Below, in pieces: positions 12,198 through 25,115 of a stretch of 64,000 nucleotides of DNA. This DNA comes from Podarcis melisellensis (lineage: Eukaryota), in the NCBI GenBank assembly GCA_964234715.1, contig OZ174282.1; one strand, written 5' to 3'. The notes beneath the pieces are model-generated. The model had not been told where the DNA came from and made no database searches. It was given only the letters and a program-made list of their open reading frames with translations. A program made the position numbers and the translations under genes. Each line of letters starts with the position of its first letter. Position 1 is the stretch's first letter.

Positions 12198-12998
12198 CTG
12201 GAGTCATAATATCGGGACAGAAATTTTACTTAATGGTTCTCAGGAAATCTGGATATGGGTAACATTAATAGGGACACAAACGTGGGTTTGTATAAATATG
12301 AGCGAGAGGGTAATATTTGGGGGCAGGCAAATGTGAATAATTGTGGGGAACATTCTTACCTTTAAAGTCTTGTGGACTGAGGGGTTTTGTGTTGATTTTT
12401 AACACACACACCCTCTCCCCACAAGAAAAGTCTCATTGCTGATTCTGTGGCTCTCACTGAATATCTGTTTGTAACATTGCCGGGGGGTAGGGGTGTGCTC
12501 CTGCATGATCTGTTTCCTCACCTTGAACATAAAGGTTGTGTGCACATACCATACATTCAAATCAAGAATCCTGGGAACCACAGTTTGTATTGGGTGCTGG
12601 GAATAGTAGGTCTGTGAGAGGTAACCTTCTGTCCCCAGGATTCGGGGGGGGGGGGGATACTTTGAATGTATGTAAGCAGTGTAAGAAGCCACAGTTGCAC
12701 TCCAGGGAGATATGGTTGCAGATGAAGCTGCTGCACTTCGGTCAGAAAAGACCAGAGAATGAATCTGGAGTGGAGTGGCAAGAGGAGCTTTGCTGTATTT
12801 CACTTACAGCCGCAGCCGATACATTAAGGAATTAACTGCTCAAGCTAAATCCCTGGGATGGAAGAGCAAGAGCCCCCTAATCTGTTGTCTGCTCTCATTC
12901 TCAAAGTGTGGCATAGCAGGCAGAGTGATGGGCATGGACCACCTAGTTGTGCAGGGCCATGACACAGACTATGCATTTCTGAGGCCTAGTGTACAAAC

Positions 12999-13109
12999 CT
13001 CTCCAAATCTTTGGTGCCATTGTGATTCGTAGTTTCTTGTGGCTGTGGGACCTCCTGCTCAGTGGCTGCTTCCTTTTTAGGAAGGGCTGTAACATCTCTG
13101 GGGCTGAAT
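12999..13109 (-). CDS. HYDIN: HYDIN window exon 20, divergent linker (111 nt, 2-2): FSPRDVTALPKKEAATEQ...KDLER
   Basis: ttttcag|A acceptor, AG|gtttg donor; phase bridges exons 19 and 21; only weak protein similarity (LPKK). Confidence 0.75.
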
Positions 13110-13425
13110 CTGAAAAACACAATGCCATTTTGATTTGATTTGATTTGCTTGTATTTACTAGTTGTATTCCACTTTCCCAACAACCACACTGAGCTCAAAG
13201 CAGTTCACAACAACAGCATGAAAAACTTAACATTATGATCACTATAATATATATTAAAAAGCCAACAGCAGATAAAGTAAGGTAGAAAACAAAAAAATCA
13301 TCAGATTACTAATATGATTCACTACCAACTCACAGTGATTCAAAATAGTTTCTGAGCACCAACCCTGTGCCAGTTGATAGACTCTCTCTAGGAAGGGGCT
13401 TCTTCATTCTGTGCAGCAGCAACGC

Positions 13426-13999
13426 TGTCCTGACCCCTACCTGATGCAGAACTCAAACTCAGGTTGCAGTTTGTACCCAAATCTTTAATGCTCAGATTGG
13501 TGCAATACATAGGCAAAACACTGTTCAAAGGCACAGTAGTTGCTACACATGACTAAACAAGCAAAGATGTTGACTCAACAACATCACCCCCTTACCCCGC
13601 AACCATGTTGTAAGAAAAAGGGGTGGAGACAACATATCATGGCAAGTGGATTTGGTCCTTAGTCTGGGCAAGCAACCTAGCACTTCCCCAAGAAAGTTGG
13701 ACCAGCCTGTCTGCTTATGCCTGAGTTGGCATCTCCATGACCTAGGCAAGATATTATTGCCTCCTCAGAGGTGGATGTGACAGCTGGACATGATTTCTGG
13801 CAACTCCAGAGGCACAGCAGCCAGAGTGATAGGCAAGGTAAACAAGCCAGAACCAGCTTCTGGCCAGGAGCCTCTTCCTCTGGCTCTCCCATTCCGGGTA
13901 GAGACCTTTCCAGCCCACTGGATCCCACCCTGGAGTCATGTCAGCCACTTCTCTTCTCTGTCCTGGCCCAGCCAGCCCCCTCCCACAGGGCTCATGGCA
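13426..13999 (-). mobile_element. Candidate solo LTR
   Basis: TG...CA ends, imperfect 4-bp flanks ACGC/AAGC, minus-strand ATTAAA near the 3' end. Confidence 0.35.
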
Positions 14000-16900
14000 A
14001 AGCAGCTAACAACACAACCTCAAAAATCCACATCAACACATCATTCCAATTAACAGTATAATAGCAACCAATTTCAGATAACAATCCATTCTGACAGTAC
14101 TGTAGTAACATTGCAACATTTTTAATGCATTATATAATAGGCAACATCCATCAATAAAACACAGTATGAGCTGTTATTATTAATGGTAAAATATTAAACC
14201 AGAGTCCGATATGATTTATATGTCTCTAAATAACATGAGCAAGAGAGAACTGAGCTCCTCATGTCCTACTTGTGGGATCCCCACAAATATTTGGTTGGCT
14301 GGACTAGACAGATCTTTGGTCTAATTGAGCTGAGCTCTTATGTTATCAAGAAGCAGGGAAGCACCCGGTGAGAGTCAGGTTCTACAGTACCTGGAACATT
14401 TTCCTAGGACAGCAGACATCCTGCCTCTTCCTCGCCACCCTATCCTGCAGTTCAGTCTCATCTGATGTCACTTGAACACCCCTGCTTTCTTTACCCCCCT
14501 AGCAACTCTTAAAGGGGCTGCAAGGAAGAAGAGGCTTCTGGCATATTGGTCAAGAGATCCTGCTCAGGGCTCTTCAGCTTAGCCTTAAACTAGCCTTCCA
14601 ATTCTTTGGCTTGCTCTCCCTGTATCCTCAATTTAATGCAATGTGACCTCATGCAACATGACTGAGCCAAACATCAAAGCCTCACTGCAGGCATGAGGAG
14701 GCCCCAAATGCATCTACAAAACTGCTCATCCTATCTCCACTATAGAGCTGCAATGCACAGAACAGAAGGATGGAGATGCGAGGGAGCTGGGAAGGGTCCA
14801 GAAAAATACAGATAACTTCACTGTAACTGTTTCACAGGATGTCAAACAGAAATAAAGAAATGCTGAGTATAATCACAGAAATCCCATCAGATGGAAACAA
14901 GAACAGACACAGAGTTGGCAATGATTTCTATATTGATGGGGCTGGCTTAGCCAGCCAGGGCACACATGCCTCAAACATCTGAAATCAAAGGCTCATCAAC
15001 AGCCAATAACATCAGAATATGCCCTCCTATCCTGCTAGTTCCCAGGCCAATTATGTAAACAGCATGGAATCAGTTTTGTTTTGTGCATAAGGTCAGGAAT
15101 ATCAGAAAATTCTGCCTTAAGTCAAGTCAATATCTCCATCCACCTAGCCAGCTCTGCACAATCTTGAGCAGGGAAGGGTGTTTCTCATTACTTGTTATGG
15201 GATTCTATTAACTGGAGATGCCAGGAGTGGATCCAGAGATCTTCTGCATGCAAAGCACATGTTCTGCCAGGGATCTGTGCCTTTTATGCCTGCAGACTGG
15301 ATGAGACATCAAGCTGAGGAAAGAGTATAATTGTCAGAAGCTCAACAGCAGGGGTAGAACCATTTTTGGCTCCATGCGCCTGTTGCTGGGATCCAGTTCC
15401 TAACCCATGGAGTAAGACAATGGTGGGAAACGTGCAGCCCTCCAAGTGTTGTTGGACTCCAAACCCTACCAGCCCCTGCCAGACAGCATGGCAAATGGTT
15501 AGAGATGATGGAAATTATACATGGAGCAATTTAGCAGTGTGGCCCTGGAGCCTGTTTCTTATGAGGCAGAAACCCTTCACCACCCAACAGTATCCTCTCA
15601 AGACCTGTGATTCTCCTTCCCAAAAATGCCTATAAATCCACCTTGTTTTCTGCAATTGACATTCATGCTATTTGGCCTGGGATGTCAGAAGCAAGCCCCA
15701 GGGGAGCTGGCTATACAAAGCTCTATCCCCTATCAAAGAAGCTATCAGCCTTCAGCTCATCAAACTGTTCTCCAGTGATGGGAGAAACAAAGAGAAAAGT
15801 GTTGTGGTATCTACTTGGCTGCTCTTCCTTCTTGTTACTTCCATTACATTTGGAAGGGTCAAGGTCTCCATGAGACTTTTGGACAATGAACATCCTTGCC
15901 TCAAGGAGCACACAACCCAATGGCTAACACAGACAGTAACACTGATTGACATCAGGGTCTGGGATGGGAACAAATTGGTGCTAAAGAACTCTGAGGCCAG
16001 TGGGGGTGTTAGAGCAGAGGCTTGGTTTCAGACTCCTTCACAGCCTCGGATAATATTTCTTTCACTGTCAGCAATTTAAGAGTCCTAGAGAGCTGGAGGG
16101 TGCATGGGGATTTGGGAATGGGGAGCTATTTATTTAAAAATGCAAAGATTCCAGATATTCCAAGGTAACTAGCCAACATTAATAAAACATGTATAATCCC
16201 CTCACCCCAACACACACACACACATGGACACACACAATCACAAGGTTTGCCCTGGGTCCCTTTGCTATGCCACAGAAGATGTGGTCTGCCTGCAATCCCA
16301 TGAAATCCCTGCATTCTCTTACCACATCGCAAGAGAGTACAATGCAGCCACCTGGAACAGAAAAACGTATTAACTGGGCTGTGGGAGGAAAGAAGAATTT
16401 TCAGAATCCTACAGGCATGTGGAGCGGAGGCGTAGGGGACAGAACGCATGTATATTGAGGTCTGCAGTCCAAACCGTGCCCCATGTAAGCAGCCTTAATA
16501 ACTAATCTTGTTTGGAATCTCTCTTTGAGAAGTTATTGGTTCTGCTCTTGAACTCCTATTAAGTACATGACTGCTTTGAACTGAGTCAGGCAATCAGTCC
16601 GAGAAAGATGATGATGTCTAATACGACTAAAAGTAGCTTTCCAAGTCAGAAGCAAGGCTCCCCCCACCCCACCCCGGTTATGCAGATATCCTTATTGTAA
16701 TGTGAAAGCATTAATAAGACTTCAACTTCTTTTTAAAAATGGAGATGCCAGGCAGCAATTAACCTGGAAGCTTCCATGTGCACAGCATGTCCCCTGCCAT
16801 TTGGTGAAGGCCATCCCAGGTCTAACTGCAACATCCCTTTAAGATGTTTTGTGGGAAAGAGGATCAGCTTGTTTCTCCATAGGACAGACCTTCTAGGCTC

Positions 16901-17219
16901 TTCAGTATTTATATTTGTCTGTTACCTATGTGGGGATATCATCCCCTGGCCTTTGCTATGTAAACCTTGATTGACTAGGATCCCAAAGGAGGAGCAAGAG
17001 GAGGTGGGGGAACAAAGGACAATAAAAATGGGGTATGTTAGTATTTCTGAGTCCCTGAAAATGCTTATTTATCTAATTTTATTTGGATCCTTATAAAATG
17101 GGGAACAGTAATCCATCAGAACCCAGAAGTGCTGGGCTTACTGAGCATGCTTCACATATGGTGTATGTGTATATACAGACAGACAGACATCATTTTGGAG
17201 ATTTACACAAATTGTAATA

Positions 17220-17430
17220 TTTCCCAGATTCATATATCAATAATTTACAAAGTATGGCCACCTCTGAACTAACTTTGTTTTATAGACCAAACTGGTCCGC
17301 TATTTCTGCTAATTCAAAGCACTTCAGAAGCCATTCCCATATAGATTTGTAGATTTGTACTACTCTGGTTGCAATTACCAAGACTTTTGCTCAATACATC
17401 TGTTCCACAGACACATCACCTAAATCCAAT
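17220..17430 (-). mobile_element. Degraded L1 ORF2 C-terminal fragment
   Basis: Reverse translation ...EWLLKCFELAEIA.../RWPYFVNY resembles the non-mammalian L1 ORF2 end. Confidence 0.5.
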
Positions 17431-20400
17431 TAAATATTACCAACACTGTAGAAAGTTTCAAATGTGCTCTAATCATCAATGTAACCTATTGCATAGTTTG
17501 TCTCCCAAAATCATAGGCATACTGATGTTCCCACCACATATGACAAGTGATCATTTGCTACACATGTGGTGTTTTGTTAATGCTGCATGCCATGCAGAAT
17601 GGCATTTGCCCCTTTTTGCAGCATGAATCTCCCACTCTGCATGTTAGCATGTGGAGAGTGTGGGGAATAATTCCAGAGTACTGTAATGCAGAAGAACGGA
17701 GTGCTTTCATGTGAACTCTCCTAAGGCGGGTAGGGGGAAATGAAAGGTTAAGACTGAATAATTAGATGAAAACCATAAAAGTCACTGCCCTAATTATAAG
17801 GTCCAGAAATAAAACTAAATAAGTCACATTCTTCACCCCTAGCTGAAAAACAGATGTTAATCTGAATGACAATTAGTTACTGTGATGAAAGGCACAGAGT
17901 GGATAGAATAGCAGTGACCTGTTTTTTAGCTACCAAACTGTCAGGCTGCATTAGCTGGATGTAATTATACACATGGTAGCAAAAGAGAAATAATATCTGA
18001 CAAGCTGTGCTTTCTTCCTGGCCACTTCATGGCCAAGTGAAGGTGCTAACAGCTTGGAGGCTCCCTTCAGGCCCAGCTGTCCTCCAGATAGTCAGGTGGT
18101 GCCGACACAAGGACCCCGTGAAACAGCCGGGAAGCCTAATTAATACACAAAGAGAGAGAAGAAAAGAAAGGGGTCAACCAGCATCACATCCGGAAGGTTA
18201 ATGAGGAGCCTTGCAGAATGAAGGGTCTAATCCTGTGAGATGCTGGTGATGCCCGCATGTGGCAATTTCACCTTCACACAGTCTTCTGAAATGCCAACAT
18301 GCCATAGCATGGTTAGAGAGTCTGAAGGTGTGTGTGTGTAATAGTAAATAATGGAGGATTGGCTGGGGAAGCCAGAAAGGAGACCAAAAGCCTGGTTCCA
18401 TGATGGTGGGTTGCAGTGATATAAAATATTTAAGCAACTTCACAGGAGGTGGAGATGTGGGGTGATATGTGGGGTGTATGCACCATGTGTCCTGGCTCCT
18501 ATCCCCAAACACAGAAATAGATACTCTTACTTGTAAGTAAGATCTCTCACCATTATTCAAGTATTGGTACAGCCCAGCAGCAGACAAAAGGCTCAGGAGC
18601 CATAGTTCAAGAGCAGGGTAAGAAGTTCAGAACCAGACAGAAGCAACAAAGATGTCCCAACAGGTTTCCATGACCAGTCACAGCCAGGTGTGGTGCACTC
18701 ACTCACAAGAATCTGCTGTCTTCAGGGAATGTCAGAATTGCAAAAATGTGCTTCTAAAGGGTGGGTGGGCCTGAACCCATCTACGAAGGCAGAGATTGGT
18801 TTGAAGCAACAAGACTGCACCCTCCTGTTAAGTCATTTCCACTTCCAGTAGTTCCTCCCACCTTGGCTGCTCCGAGCCCTCCCAAATTTTTTGCAATACC
18901 TGATATCCCTGCTCTTTCCCCCCAAGCAATAGAACCTGGGGTAGAAAAGGGAGATCCCCCATCTTACTCAGGTACTACTCATTCAGCACTCCCTACTTCT
19001 TCCTCCGGCACATATGTCAGAGCTTGCCAACCCAAGTCCAATATCGATAGAGCTGTGGGGCTTACAACACCCAGCTCCATGCGCCTCTCCTGTGACCTTC
19101 AAGCCGAAGGGAACCTCCATGGCCTCTCTGACCTATCCCAAGGGTGCAGATACTACTAAATATTAGCCCTATGATAATACCTAGATAAGAAGCAGTTCTA
19201 CCTAATGCTGGGGGCACTGATCATATTTTGAGACTCGGGATTTCACCACACCTAGGAAGGAGGTGGGCCACAGCCTCATATCTATCATGGCTGACAAGAG
19301 CAGATTGCAAATGGGAGCAAGGGAGGGGGCTGTGGACTGCTAGAAATGGTCCAGCCTTTCTACAATCCAGTAAGAGCAAAGCCAGAGGTTGCCCTATAAG
19401 AAAGTAAAAGAAGGAGATGCACAACCAAGACACCTACCTGCCTTCTAAGGCTTTCACTTCACAACCGTTCTGATTTTACATTGCAGCCAAAGCACTACCA
19501 AATCAAGCTAATAATATTGGGAATGCTGTGCCTAGTTCTTTATATATACTTATGTGGAATCCCAGAGTACAGGTCAGGTGTAGGGAACCTTTGACCCTGC
19601 ACATGTTGCTGAACTATAGCTCCCATTATCACTGGACATTAGCCATGCTTGCTGGGGCTGATAGGACTTGCAGTTCAGCAATAGCTGAAGGGCCAAAGGT
19701 TCCCCATACTCAATAAAGATACAACACTGGCAAAGACTCCTAGTGGAGCTAGGAAGCTAGCAAGTGAGAATCATACACAGGTTTGAGGAGCCAGGAGAGC
19801 GGACAAGCCCAGTGTGTGCTGGGAAAACAAAATATTCCTGCTTTCCCTGAAGGAAAGTCCTCCGGTTCCCCTGAAACAAATTTGTTAAAAAATTGCATTT
19901 ACTATGTAGGAAACTAGCAAGATGTCTTATGTGGAAAAGTCCTTGGGATCCTGTAGATCACTTTATGTTGCAAGGACCACCTGGAGCCACCACAGAACAA
20001 CATCATGGTTCATCCTCTTCCCTTCCCATAGCTGACTTAAGGGATGCTGTCAATCTTAAGTAAAATAGAAGTTTGCTGAAATGGAAACTAGAGCATGGCT
20101 CCAACAGCATGCCCTCACCTTGCCTGTCTGCCTTGCCAAACTGCCTCCCCACATCTTTTCCGCCTGGGGTACTTGGCTTGCTCCTTTATCCCACAGAGTC
20201 TTTGGCCAAGCCTTGGAGTTAAATGCAGCTTCTAAGCCCCACTGCCCTCCAACCATCCTCCTCCTGCTACTAGGGTCCCACACCTGCATTTGTTTGCTTG
20301 CTGAAACACTGAAGATGAGGAAGGAAAGTCTCTATGAGCAGCCACGGTAAAAATGTGGCCTGGGACTCTCTAGTGACAAAACCACCAGCCTCAGACCCAG

Positions 20401-20445
20401 AAATGCTTTGGGTTGGGGTTGCATTTACAGTACTTTAAATCTATC

Positions 20446-20446
<1 letters not shown>

Positions 20447-20517
<71 letters not shown>
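20447..20517. repeat. (TTTC)n microsatellite
   Basis: Seen directly. Confidence 0.95.
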
Positions 20518-21609
20518 CATCCTTCAGACTCCACTGTTTGCCATACAGCTACAAACTGCATTGAAGGGATGACAGCACTCAGTGTCTGACAGAAAACACT
20601 TGGCACAGACCAGGATCAGACTCCTTAATGAGCTCACAAGGAGGAGTGCCTCTCAGTGGCTCCCCCCACCAACCCTCCGCCAGCCAAAAAGGCCTTTCCA
20701 CTGGGTTGGCTTATGTTTTCCTCGGGAAATTGTTTATTGATGTTATTCAGAATGGCAGACCATCAATGCAGTTGTTATGTTTACTGGACTTCCTGGGGCA
20801 CTGTGGAAAATCCGTTTGCTGCTGTAATTAAAATAACTCCACGAAGGCCAAGTTTGAGAAAGCAGCAGCACTGCTGGTTCATATATTTGCAAGGAAGAAG
20901 GTTTGCAGGCAGCTTGAGAAAAACTGTTCCTGTTTGCAATCATTTCTACCATTTGCACTCTCCCCCCCCCCTCTCTCCTACTTTCAGAAGAAGAATAAAA
21001 CCAAAGTTCAGTCATTCTGGGGCATTTAAGGCAGAGGGGAGGCACTGGCAGCGCAGTATAAGCTGCTTATCAAATAGGCAAGAAAAGGGTAGTACCACTG
21101 GCCAGATCCTTTTCTCCCCCAATCACTGCAGACCAACTTTGACACCCAGCTGTCATTCATCTGCTGTAATAATGATGCTTGATGATTGACAAGTGGATTA
21201 TCCACAGGGGTAAGGAGAGATAACAAAAACAGTGGGAGGTGAATCAGTTAGTGGGAGGTGAATTGAAGCCTGCCTTTTGTAGGGATCTACTGCACAAATG
21301 CGTTTCCCATGGGGAACTCACTCATGCAACTGAACCAAGCAGAATTGAACTGCCCACTGATCAGCTTACATCAGCCACTCATTGGGTGACATCACCCAAT
21401 TCATAGGTGTATGTGATTTTGGAAAAAACGGCCATGAGAACCAAATTGGAAACTCTAGCAGGCCAAGACTGAAGGAAAAGCCACATCATCAGGATAAGGC
21501 AATGTGGAAGGGGGAGTCGAGGGCTTCCTCTCAAGTTGGGTGATTTCCGGCTTTGAAGATGGCGGAGTAGCACACTCCCTGTGTGAGAACATTTTATTGA
21601 ACTATATAC

Positions 21610-22055
21610 CTGCAGCATGGAAATTATCAACAGGATAACAGAAATAGATTTTCCATGCCCTAATGGTGGCCAAGAGATTGATATTGAGGAATTGGAAAAA
21701 TAAGGAAATGATACCATTTAATCAATGGACTGACAATATGACATCACTGGCAATTTATGAACGGACTGCTTACAGGCAGACACAGACTCTATGGATATGA
21801 TATGATTAACATTTGGAATGAGTTTATACAAAATGCAGTAGGCTATTAACATTTACATAAGCACTAGGACAATAACACTATACCAATTTATACAAGAATG
21901 TATGGGAATATTGTATATTTTTTTGCGGGGTTTTTTCCTTCATATTTTCGCTTTTATATGTATCTTTGCTGTTGTTTTTCTCCCTCTCACTTTTCCTGCT
22001 TTTTTTCTGTATCACTTTATTTCTTTTAACTGAAATCACCTTAATAAAATATAAA
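21610..22055 (+). mobile_element. L1 3' fragment (ORF2 C-terminus plus T-rich 3' UTR)
   Basis: ALMVAKRLILRNWKNKEMIPFNQW...LAIYERTAY...IWNEF; AATAAA near 22043. Confidence 0.75.
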
Positions 22056-22206
22056 TATCAGGGGGGAAAGTTGGGTGGCTGGCACACCATCCAAATCAGA
22101 GTCATCCACAGGCTGACATTGGGAACCATATGTTGGCTTCAAGAGATTATAAACAACGTAAATAGCATATAATTAATACATTTTGATCCAGCCTTTACTT
22201 CATCAT

Positions 22207-22576
22207 TGTCAGGGAACTGGGGGCTGAGAAGGGGGAAATGCTGGGAAAATACAGAGATAAGCCTCTGATCATTAGTAGTGGTACCTCATCAGGGGAGGAC
22301 GACGACGAAGGGTTGTCAGGAAGCAATGAAGCAGAGGGGGGAGCAATTTCTGGGGCTTAGCTCTTCACGTAACAGAGGAAGGAAAAGGGGAGGCTCTGGA
22401 AGTGGTTATGCTGGGGAAAACGAAAGCAGCAACCAGTTGCTGCATCTGATTCCAATGAGCCGGATGTGCTCTGAGAGCTCTGAGTGTAAATAGAAGAATG
22501 AACCAAATAAAACCTATAAAACTGGCTGGAGGGCCGGACTCTTATCTCTTCTAGCACCCACCAATCATTCCTGACA
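22207..22576 (+). mobile_element. Solo LTR (Gypsy-like), 370 bp
   Basis: TGTCAGG...CCTGACA termini; perfect 5-bp TSD ATCAT (22202-06 and 22577-81); AATAAA at 22506-22511. Confidence 0.85.
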
Positions 22577-22737
22577 ATCATGGGTCTCAGGGTGGTATCC
22601 ATTAAGTTCCCAAGTATCTCCCATTGAGAACCAGACCTGCTTAACCACTTAGTAGGGTGACTGTGTCATGTACCCGTAGACAATGTCTTGGGAACATCAG
22701 ACAAAATCCCAAAGAGAGGACTTATGATTGCTCTTAC

Positions 22738-23051
22738 CTGATCAGGGTCTCATGATCCTGTGTCATGAAGGACCAGCGGTATTTTACAAGAAGGGGGCTG
22801 CAGTTGGTCATATTGATCTCACGGACAACTTCTGTGTCATTCAAGATGCAGCCAAAATTCAAATCCATCGTCTCAAAGTGTAGGTTAGGGAAACGCACTT
22901 CTCCCCGTAGGTTGATGTGGTCTACATGGGGATGCTCCAGGTAACGGAAAGTCAAGACTTCTTCTGCCACTCGGTTGTATAAGTCATCTCTGTAGAGAGG
23001 GTCAAACCTGATACAGAGGTCATGCATCTCCCCAACGTCCATAGTTAAGGC
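22738..23051 (-). CDS. HYDIN: HYDIN window exon 19 (314 nt, 0-2): ALTMDVGE...FGCILNDTE...ETLIR
   Basis: tag|GCC, AG|gtaag. Confidence 0.95.
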
Positions 23052-23269
23052 CTAAATCAGGAAAGAAATAAGTTTATTTTAAATAAATAAATAAATGATT
23101 GGTATCTGCCTACCACTGTAGTTCTTTGAAAATGACTTCTGCATTTTCAGTCACTGGAGACTGTTTGCAGTGCTGTCTAGGACTGGACAGGTCACAACCA
23201 GCAGCCTGAACTGTACCCTGCAAAGGGCCTCTTACTTAGAGGCCTGAGGTGAAAAGAGACTCCTCATAC

Positions 23270-23413
23270 CTGACAAGGTACTGGCAGCATTTCATGATCA
23301 GTATCACAGAGGGAAAAAGGTTCTTGCAAAGAGAGGAGGACATTGATTGGCAAAGACGAAACATTTTTCAAAGTCAGAGGTTCGTACTGGGGATTCAGGC
23401 TATCATTGGGGTC
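23270..23413 (-). CDS. HYDIN: HYDIN window exon 18 (144 nt, 0-0): DPNDSLNPQYEPLTLKNVS...LPVPCQ
   Basis: cag|GAC, CAG|gtatg; translated by hand. Confidence 0.93.
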
Positions 23414-23679
23414 CTGGCAGGGGAAAACAAAAACATTTGAGATGTATTAAAGAACAGAAAAAAATATATCCTGCTGTACATCACAGCACCAAGTGATCAA
23501 CCAGAGGATCACTTTCCATCCCATCCTATCAAGCCCTTCCATATTCCATGATGAGAAATGACCCCCTCACAGGAATAGCATTACGCTTTTAATAGCCAGC
23601 TACTTGGTACTTGGTACTAGAGGACACCAATTGTTCCCATTCATTGGGGGGGGGGTAGAAACTGATGTGATTCCATTCC

Positions 23680-24290
23680 CATTTATTCATTTATTTATTA
23701 ATTCATTCATTCATTCATTCATTCCATGAAATTTACACGCTGCTTGATTGCAAAAAACCAAAACCCTCCAGGCGATTTACAAATAGATATATCAATAAAA
23801 TTATCAATAAGAAAAGTTAAAATAACAATAGATTACAAACATTAAAACTCACATCAGTTTTCTAAACATCTGGGTAGGATTGTCTAAACAAAAATGTTTT
23901 TAGCAGGTGCTGGAAAGAGTACAATGAAGATGCCTGCCTGATATCGATAGGCAAGAATTTTCAAAGTTTAAGTAATAATAATTATTTTTATTATTTTATT
24001 ATTTATACCCTGCCCAGCTAACTGGGTTGTCCCAGCCACTCTGGGCAGCTTCCAACATATATATATATTATATTTTTTTTAATTACACATTAAAAAGCTT
24101 CCCTATACAGGGCTGCCTTCAGATGTCTTCTGAAGGTTATATAGTTACTCATGTCTTTGACATCTGATGGGAAGGCATTCCACAGGCTAGGTGCCACTAC
24201 TGAGAAGGTACCATCACACTAAAAGATTGAGTTCTTACAAATGCAGAATGGGCACCTGTGCCAGTTCCATTGATCAAAGCAGTCAAGAGA
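23680..24290 (-). mobile_element. Nested L2-like 3' ends (younger AAT-tail copy inside an older ATTC/ATTT-tail copy)
   Basis: Microsatellite tails; the insert at ~23975-24210 matches the 6944-7092 family. Confidence 0.55.
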
Positions 24291-24299
24291 ACCATGTGT

Positions 24300-25115
24300 T
24301 AATTTTCAAAAGTTATGTCTTCCACATTTCTAAAGCACCGTCAAAAACTCCTATTTTTTTCATATAATAATGTCTCTTGGAGGATCTGAATCACACAAGA
24401 CAGGTATTAGCAATTTAAATCACTGGACTATCAAGTCCATAATATTGTCATATTCTGCCCCTTCCACAAAACTCCTCAGATGAAAATTGACCCTTTAAGT
24501 TTGTTTTGAAAATCTTACAGCTTTGATTTTATATTCATATTCACCTGAAGAATTTTTAAAGGGTTTTTTAATGTGGTAAGCTTAAATCTATTGCTGCTGA
24601 TGCAGTTTCCACAATTCCTTCTAATTCCTTTGACATTGCATTTGCCTTATTTCTGAGATGAACCATCAGTTCCTTCCACGTTTCTGTAATAATTTCTTTA
24701 ATTTAATGAGGATACCTTGAGCTGCAAATTCCTCTCAGCACTGCATTTGTATCTTTTTCTACCATGGCTTTGGCAATCTTAATTGGGCCAAGCGCCATGC
24801 TGTCTCTCTGTTGGCTCATTGCCCTGGCTTCTCTGCAAGGTTCTTGTGGCTTGAGAAAGTTTGTTAAACTGTCTTGTTTCGATTTCAGCATATTTATTGA
24901 CATTCCCCCTTCTGAGGGGGGGGGGGTAAAAAGCTTTCCAATTTTCTGAATTGATCAGCTGCTTTGAAGAGAAATTATATACCCAAGGGCAGGAGCTCCA
25001 GGTTACTCAGACATCTTGATTGTTGGCTGATCGTGGCCTTTCTGTTCCTTCTTAGGAATAATTTCTATTATGAAGCCACATTTCAGCCCTGAGTTGGAGG
25101 AAGCTAAACGAGTTG
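24300..25115 (-). mobile_element. Degraded L1 5' region (5' UTR and ORF1 start)
   Basis: Minus strand is A-rich, giving MSINMLKSKQDSLTNF... then broken coiled-coil-like frames. Confidence 0.45.

Noticed and set aside
14503-14582. Plus-strand acceptor followed by ...ARKKR..., suggesting a nested neuropeptide precursor
   Set aside because: No signal-peptide exon or known mature peptide found; a dibasic motif alone is weak evidence.
18531-18671. Minus-strand frame METCWDIFVASVWF-TGA-TSYPAL... as a possible selenoprotein
   Set aside because: No resemblance to a selenoprotein family and no SECIS identified; an ordinary stop is more parsimonious.
20656-21189. Longest ORF in the track (177 aa, +)
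   Set aside because: Non-ATG start, no recognisable domain or splice structure; consistent with a chance ORF.
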